DNA of 64,000 nucleotides, taken from contig NW_015161956.1 of NCBI RefSeq assembly GCF_001447785.1, positions 1,180,853-1,244,852 of the forward strand, in the 5' to 3' direction. Under the pieces are notes generated by a model. It worked only from the letters and a program-made list of their open reading frames with translations. It had not been told where the DNA came from and did not search any database. This document shows positions 60,701-64,000 of this stretch, one piece after another (the first letter of the stretch is position 1; each line of letters opens with the position of its first letter). The DNA comes from Gekko japonicus. Its lineage: Eukaryota. A program made the translations under genes and the position numbers.

Positions 60701-62641
60701 ATCCTAACCATTTTTCCATTGATGGAAGGCACTTAGAAAGAAGGGGTGGTTTTTGCTAATTTCCCTTCTCCTACTGCAGGAGCGCCCCACTTCATCCACA
60801 CATGTCCACACTTCTTCCAGATGTTCACCAGTCCCTGGGGCATGACAGTCTGCAGCCAAATAGTGTAGACAAGAACTTTTGTTACTTCAGATGTTGATCT
60901 GCTCATCCTAGATAACATCTAAGTCCAAGGTTTTTTCTTTACTTTTGAGAAATGTCTTTATGTGGCCCTTTAACAAAATAGAACAAAAAGGGAAATACAT
61001 CAGGTGATAGTTGACTTATTATTGTACAAAGTTCCTATGTGTTTCACCATGCAGGCTTTGTCAGGGGGAATCTATAAAAACATAATTTTATACTTAATAC
61101 AAATAATAAAAGGACCCCTTAATAAAAATTATTACAAAAGTATTTTAAAAGTATTGATTAAAAAGACATGATCAGAATTAATTTCAAAATTTGATACATA
61201 TTAGTCAGTATACCATATAAGATGAATAAATTATACATTGGAAATGAAACAAGACAATAAAATATATAATATATGAAGCAAATGCGGACCAAAGCATTCA
61301 ACTAGTGCTGGAATTGTCCACAGCAATTAAGTTCTTTTACTAGTGAAGACTGACATAGTGTTTTTTTTAATGTATAGAGATTAGCTGAACATGGCCAGAA
61401 GTTCCAGATCAGAATTTAACCCATGAGGGGTCAAAGTCTACAATCTTAAGATCCACTCCATCTCCTTTTTTAATAGGGCTTTTTCATTGTGATGGTAAGA
61501 TTTATATAAATCCCCAAAAATGAAATCAGTGGGTCCATGTTCTTTTTCCATAAAATGCTATACCAAAGGTGCACCAACTGTTCTGCGAAGTATGTTGTTC
61601 TCAAATACTGTTATATGAGTTTTAATTTTCTAGAGGTCTTCCCTATGTATAATTAAAAGAACATCTGATGACATATATAATCATATTTGAGTTGCATGTT
61701 GTGAAGTTGTTTAAAACATATTTTTTGTCAAAGGGTTGATAAAACACTTCATATTTTGAGTTAGGTTACAACAAATGTCCACATCTAAGATGGCCTTGGT
61801 CAAACCTGCTTCTGGAATGGTTCTTTGTAGGTTCATGGGAACAAAGATGTTGCTTTAAAAAAAATAAAATAGGGATGTATTGTCAATGGTCTCATTTACG
61901 CAGATTTTTCAGGGAAACTATTTTGTGTTTCCTTTGAAGCCAAGGTTAGATTCCACATGCTTTTAGGTGTTTGGGATTTAACATCTTTCTGTGTAACGTT
62001 CTGTGGTTTATTCAGGTACCATTCTGGAGGGCTCCTTGAAGAACCGATCTGCCTTCTGCAGTGATACACTCGATGAATATTTAGAAAATGAAGGGAAACT
62101 AATGCAAACAAGTATGGGATTTCCTCCTAACTTCTCCAGTTGTCCTGTGGTTCACCAGTTTTCATCTGAAAGCAGCAACTATGTACAAGCGCAACACAGC
62201 ATTCTAAAGAAAAAATGCACTCCACCCACCTCTTACAATTTTAAGCCACTATCTCTGCCTTCCTTTAGAAAGAGAAGAAGAAACATTAATAGGAAAAAAG
62301 TGTCTTCTAGAGGCAGCATAAAATCCAGTAATTCTGCAGTGGCTTCACTTGCTTTGTCAAAGGAGCAATACCACATCCAAGTCTTGGAAGACAGAGTTAC
62401 TAATCCTCAGCCAAACAGCGAAACAGATAATACAGTAAATGTTCTTATGACGCCAGACTTAGATGAAGATGTGCAGGGAAAACAGGGAACTGTTTGTTGG
62501 TCAACATGGAACAGTAACATATGTACAACTGATACAAAACTGATGGATCTGGAGGGTTGTGCGTTACAGGATGGGAAGCCACAAACTTATATTACTGAAG
62601 AACGTGCGGACTTTTCTCTGAGAACTCTGTTCATTTCACAG
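53699..62641 (+). CDS. MGA: MGA-family T-box transcription factor (MGA or a divergent MGA-like paralogue). Joined exons: 53699-54723, 56915-57821, 58308-58398, 58520(or 58529)-58615, 59358-59489, 60116-60214, 62016-62641 (about 990 aa to this point).
   Basis: MGA-type T-box (EMILTKQGRRMFPYCRYWITGL...KIDYNPFAKGF) and MGA-specific motifs SDDDPILEKQLK, EDVDGVLFVSFESK, HKQVIHP, SIDLKYLGVQLPL, SRTGKT, LKNRSAFCSD.LDEYLENEGKLM, KLMDLE..ALxDGKP.TYITEERAD. Exon phases are consistent. Orthology versus paralogy is unresolved. Confidence 0.9.
54992..55202 (-). mobile_element. Squam3-like SINE, degraded
   Basis: Reverse complement begins gggagccagtgtggtgtagtggtaagag. Confidence 0.7.
55343..55458 (+). repeat. 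Tandem duplication, 2 x 58 bp
   Basis: atctacttggcttccgctagagacagaat...tgtttccttt occurs twice, with 2 mismatches. Confidence 0.9.
56318..56528. mobile_element. Old hAT MITE (TAGGGTTGCCA family)
   Basis: Degenerate TIRs TACGGTTGTCAG / CTGGCACCCTA; TSD CCTCTTGC/CCTCTTGA. Confidence 0.75.
56915..57821 (+). CDS. MGA: MGA-like coding exon 2 (907 bp; SUMO-type IKEE/LKQE, AT-hook-like RRGRPQK)
   Basis: ctccag|TCCAA...CAAAG|gtaaat; open frame ending DVDGVLFVSFESK. Confidence 0.9.
58308..58398 (+). CDS. MGA: MGA-like coding exon 3 (91 bp)
   Basis: atatag|GAAGA...TTCAG|gtactg; encodes EDLNNHTIDQSGRTGEPLNEQTVLQITCDS. Confidence 0.8.
58520..58615 (+). CDS. MGA: MGA-like coding exon 4; homologous acceptor reads CG, with an in-frame alternative AG giving a start at 58529
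   Basis: Encodes GCQEKPNLLEIKLLEDLKSFRHKQVIHPSLQE; donor GAAG|gtattt. Confidence 0.75.
59358..59489 (+). CDS. MGA: MGA-like coding exon 5 (132 bp)
   Basis: ttccag|TGGGA...TTTAG|gtaaat; encodes VGLKLGSVDPAVSIDLKYLGVQLPL... Confidence 0.9.
59713..60078. mobile_element. hAT MITE (366 bp)
   Basis: TIR TAGGGTTGCCAAGTCC at both ends; perfect 8-bp TSD CTGGTTAG. Confidence 0.92.
60116..60214 (+). CDS. MGA: MGA-like coding exon 6 (99 bp)
   Basis: ttctag|ATGCT...TGAAG|gtaaga; encodes DASLSFISRTGKTDDFRKIKGWQEKVHNTSRHE. Confidence 0.9.
62016..62641 (+). CDS. MGA: MGA-like coding exon 7 (626 bp), ending at the start of DUF4801
   Basis: attcag|GTACC...CACAG|gtaagc; encodes SLKNRSAFCSDTLDEYLENEGKLM...KLMDLEGCALQDGKPQTYITEERADFSL. 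Confidence 0.9.
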
Positions 62642-63223
62642 GTAAGCTACAGTGCCAGTTGTCCATCACCCAGTGATTGTTTACGGTTAGATGTGCATGT
62701 GCTAAAAATGGGGCATGTGTATCTATAGCTATTTTTCTTCTCTAGTCTTTTTGTCTGTCAAATGTGCCCAGTTAGGTTTTGCATGACAACCACATCTTCT
62801 ACCTGATAGTTCTTTTACACACACACAAAATCATAATAACTTGTTTCAAGCCCTCTATTTTGTAGAATGAATTGGCAGTAGTAGTGTCCATAGTAATGTA
62901 CACCCTGTAATTTCCTGGATCAGCCCAAAGTATTTTATTTCAAAAGGACTTTGTGCGCTATTTATTTATTTATTTTCTTCACTTATACCTAGCCTTTTTC
63001 CCCAACGGAGATTTGGACCTGAGTCTCCCAGATACTAGTTTGGCACTGCATATGAATAAAACATTGCCGTTCCTCATACTTATTCAGCACAGACTTTCCT
63101 CTTACTCAGAGGTATGCTTAATCTGCATTGATGAAATACATAATTTCTTAGATTGTTATATACATATGGTTGTATCAAAGGCCAGAGTTTCTGTCCATTC
63201 TTCCTTTTAATTATGATTCTTAG

Positions 63224-63380
63224 TTCCAAATAAAGCTATTGCAGTGTCTAATCATACCCGAGTGGGTTCAAGTGAAGTTGATGGGTTTGGAGGATAGTGC
63301 ATCACGGCAGGGGAACACACAGACTTACGTTTCAGAAGAGCAAGCAGACGATTCCCTGTCAACTTTCAGGGCCATTGAGG
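63224..63380 (+). CDS. Putative extra exon: diverged duplicate of the 3' end of the preceding MGA exon
   Basis: Polypyrimidine tract plus tag at 63223, phase 0 and in frame. Encodes QVKLMGLEDSASRQGNTQTYVSEEQADDSLST. Candidate donors after 63380 or 63388. Confidence 0.5.
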
Positions 63381-63524
63381 GTGGGGAGGTCAGCTGTTGT
63401 GCTCCTGAAGCCAGGATTTCATGCAGAATACATTTTATTTTAATGCAGTTCTGGCTGCAGTGACTAGCATTGCAGAAAAGTCAGAGCACAGTAAAACCAC
63501 TATGTCAGCTGTCCTGCCTTTTAG

Positions 63525-63680
63525 CAAGGCTGAAAAGTAAACCCTCGCCTAACAGGATCATGCGTAGCCTGTCAACCAAGCCAGCATTGGAGGAAGGCAA
63601 GACAAGCCACCACAGCTGATGTCTGCTACAGTAATTGCCAGGCTGCAGCCTGCTAACAAGGTTGTTGTCTTCAGTGGTCT
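63525..63680 (+). pseudogene. Decayed remnant of the MGA Cys-rich DUF4801 exon; possible terminal exon with TGA at 63617-63619
   Basis: ARLKSKPSPNRIMR...ALE resembles ASLKTKPIHTIIRK...ALE. KVVVFSG in another frame resembles KVVLVKGG. The CRLGCVC block is absent. Confidence 0.5.
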
Positions 63681-64000
63681 GTTCTTTCCTTCTTCCTTTC
63701 CTTGTACCCAGCTCCATAGTTTTGTCTACCCAAAGCAGCAGTTAGTGTATTGTAGCAAGATAAAACAACCTTTCCTTCTCTTTTCCTTAATAATTTTGAA
63801 CCCTGTATGTTCAAAGACATGAGCAAAAAAAAACTTCTGACAACTTTATTTGAAATCACTATTTATAAAAATAGAGATGTAATTTGGGTAAAGTGAGTAA
63901 AGAGAAGTCGGTAGATGACAATGTGATAGTGTAGGTAGCGTAAGTCTGTCAGTTGAGTTCAGGCTGGGTAATATCTCCCATTTGCTTAATGGACAGAGCC

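Overview
This is vertebrate genomic DNA from a squamate reptile, probably a gecko. The taxon is inferred from Sauria-SINE and Squam3-type SINEs and abundant hAT MITEs. It comes from a draft assembly with one N-gap (18961-19362). Two + strand genes are present in the TYRO3-MGA order known from other vertebrates. (1) The 3' half of TYRO3: 10 coding exons from the transmembrane exon (10326) to the stop codon (34140), all with GT-AG sites and consistent phases. (2) A CpG-island promoter (~51400-52360) and an MGA-family T-box gene. Its T-box is intact, but the rest is strongly diverged. One splice acceptor reads CG, and the start of DUF4801 is duplicated. The only in-window homologue of the next exon is decayed, and every traceable splice route ends in a stop by 63619. 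The leading hypothesis is a truncated MGA paralogue that keeps the T-box but lacks the bHLH-Zip. The alternative is that the true downstream exons lie beyond the window. Introns and intergenic DNA are rich in transposable elements: two RTE-X-like LINEs (one with a PCNA PIP-box in ORF1), an ORF1-only HAL1-like element, three Mag-type Ty3/Gypsy relics (two nested antiparallel), a solo LTR, a cargo-variable hAT MITE family, and a chimeric SINE. There is also a 300-bp-arm palindrome/triplication that may be an assembly artefact. Most entries in the ORF track are spurious. Homology statements rest on recalled sequences, not on database searches.
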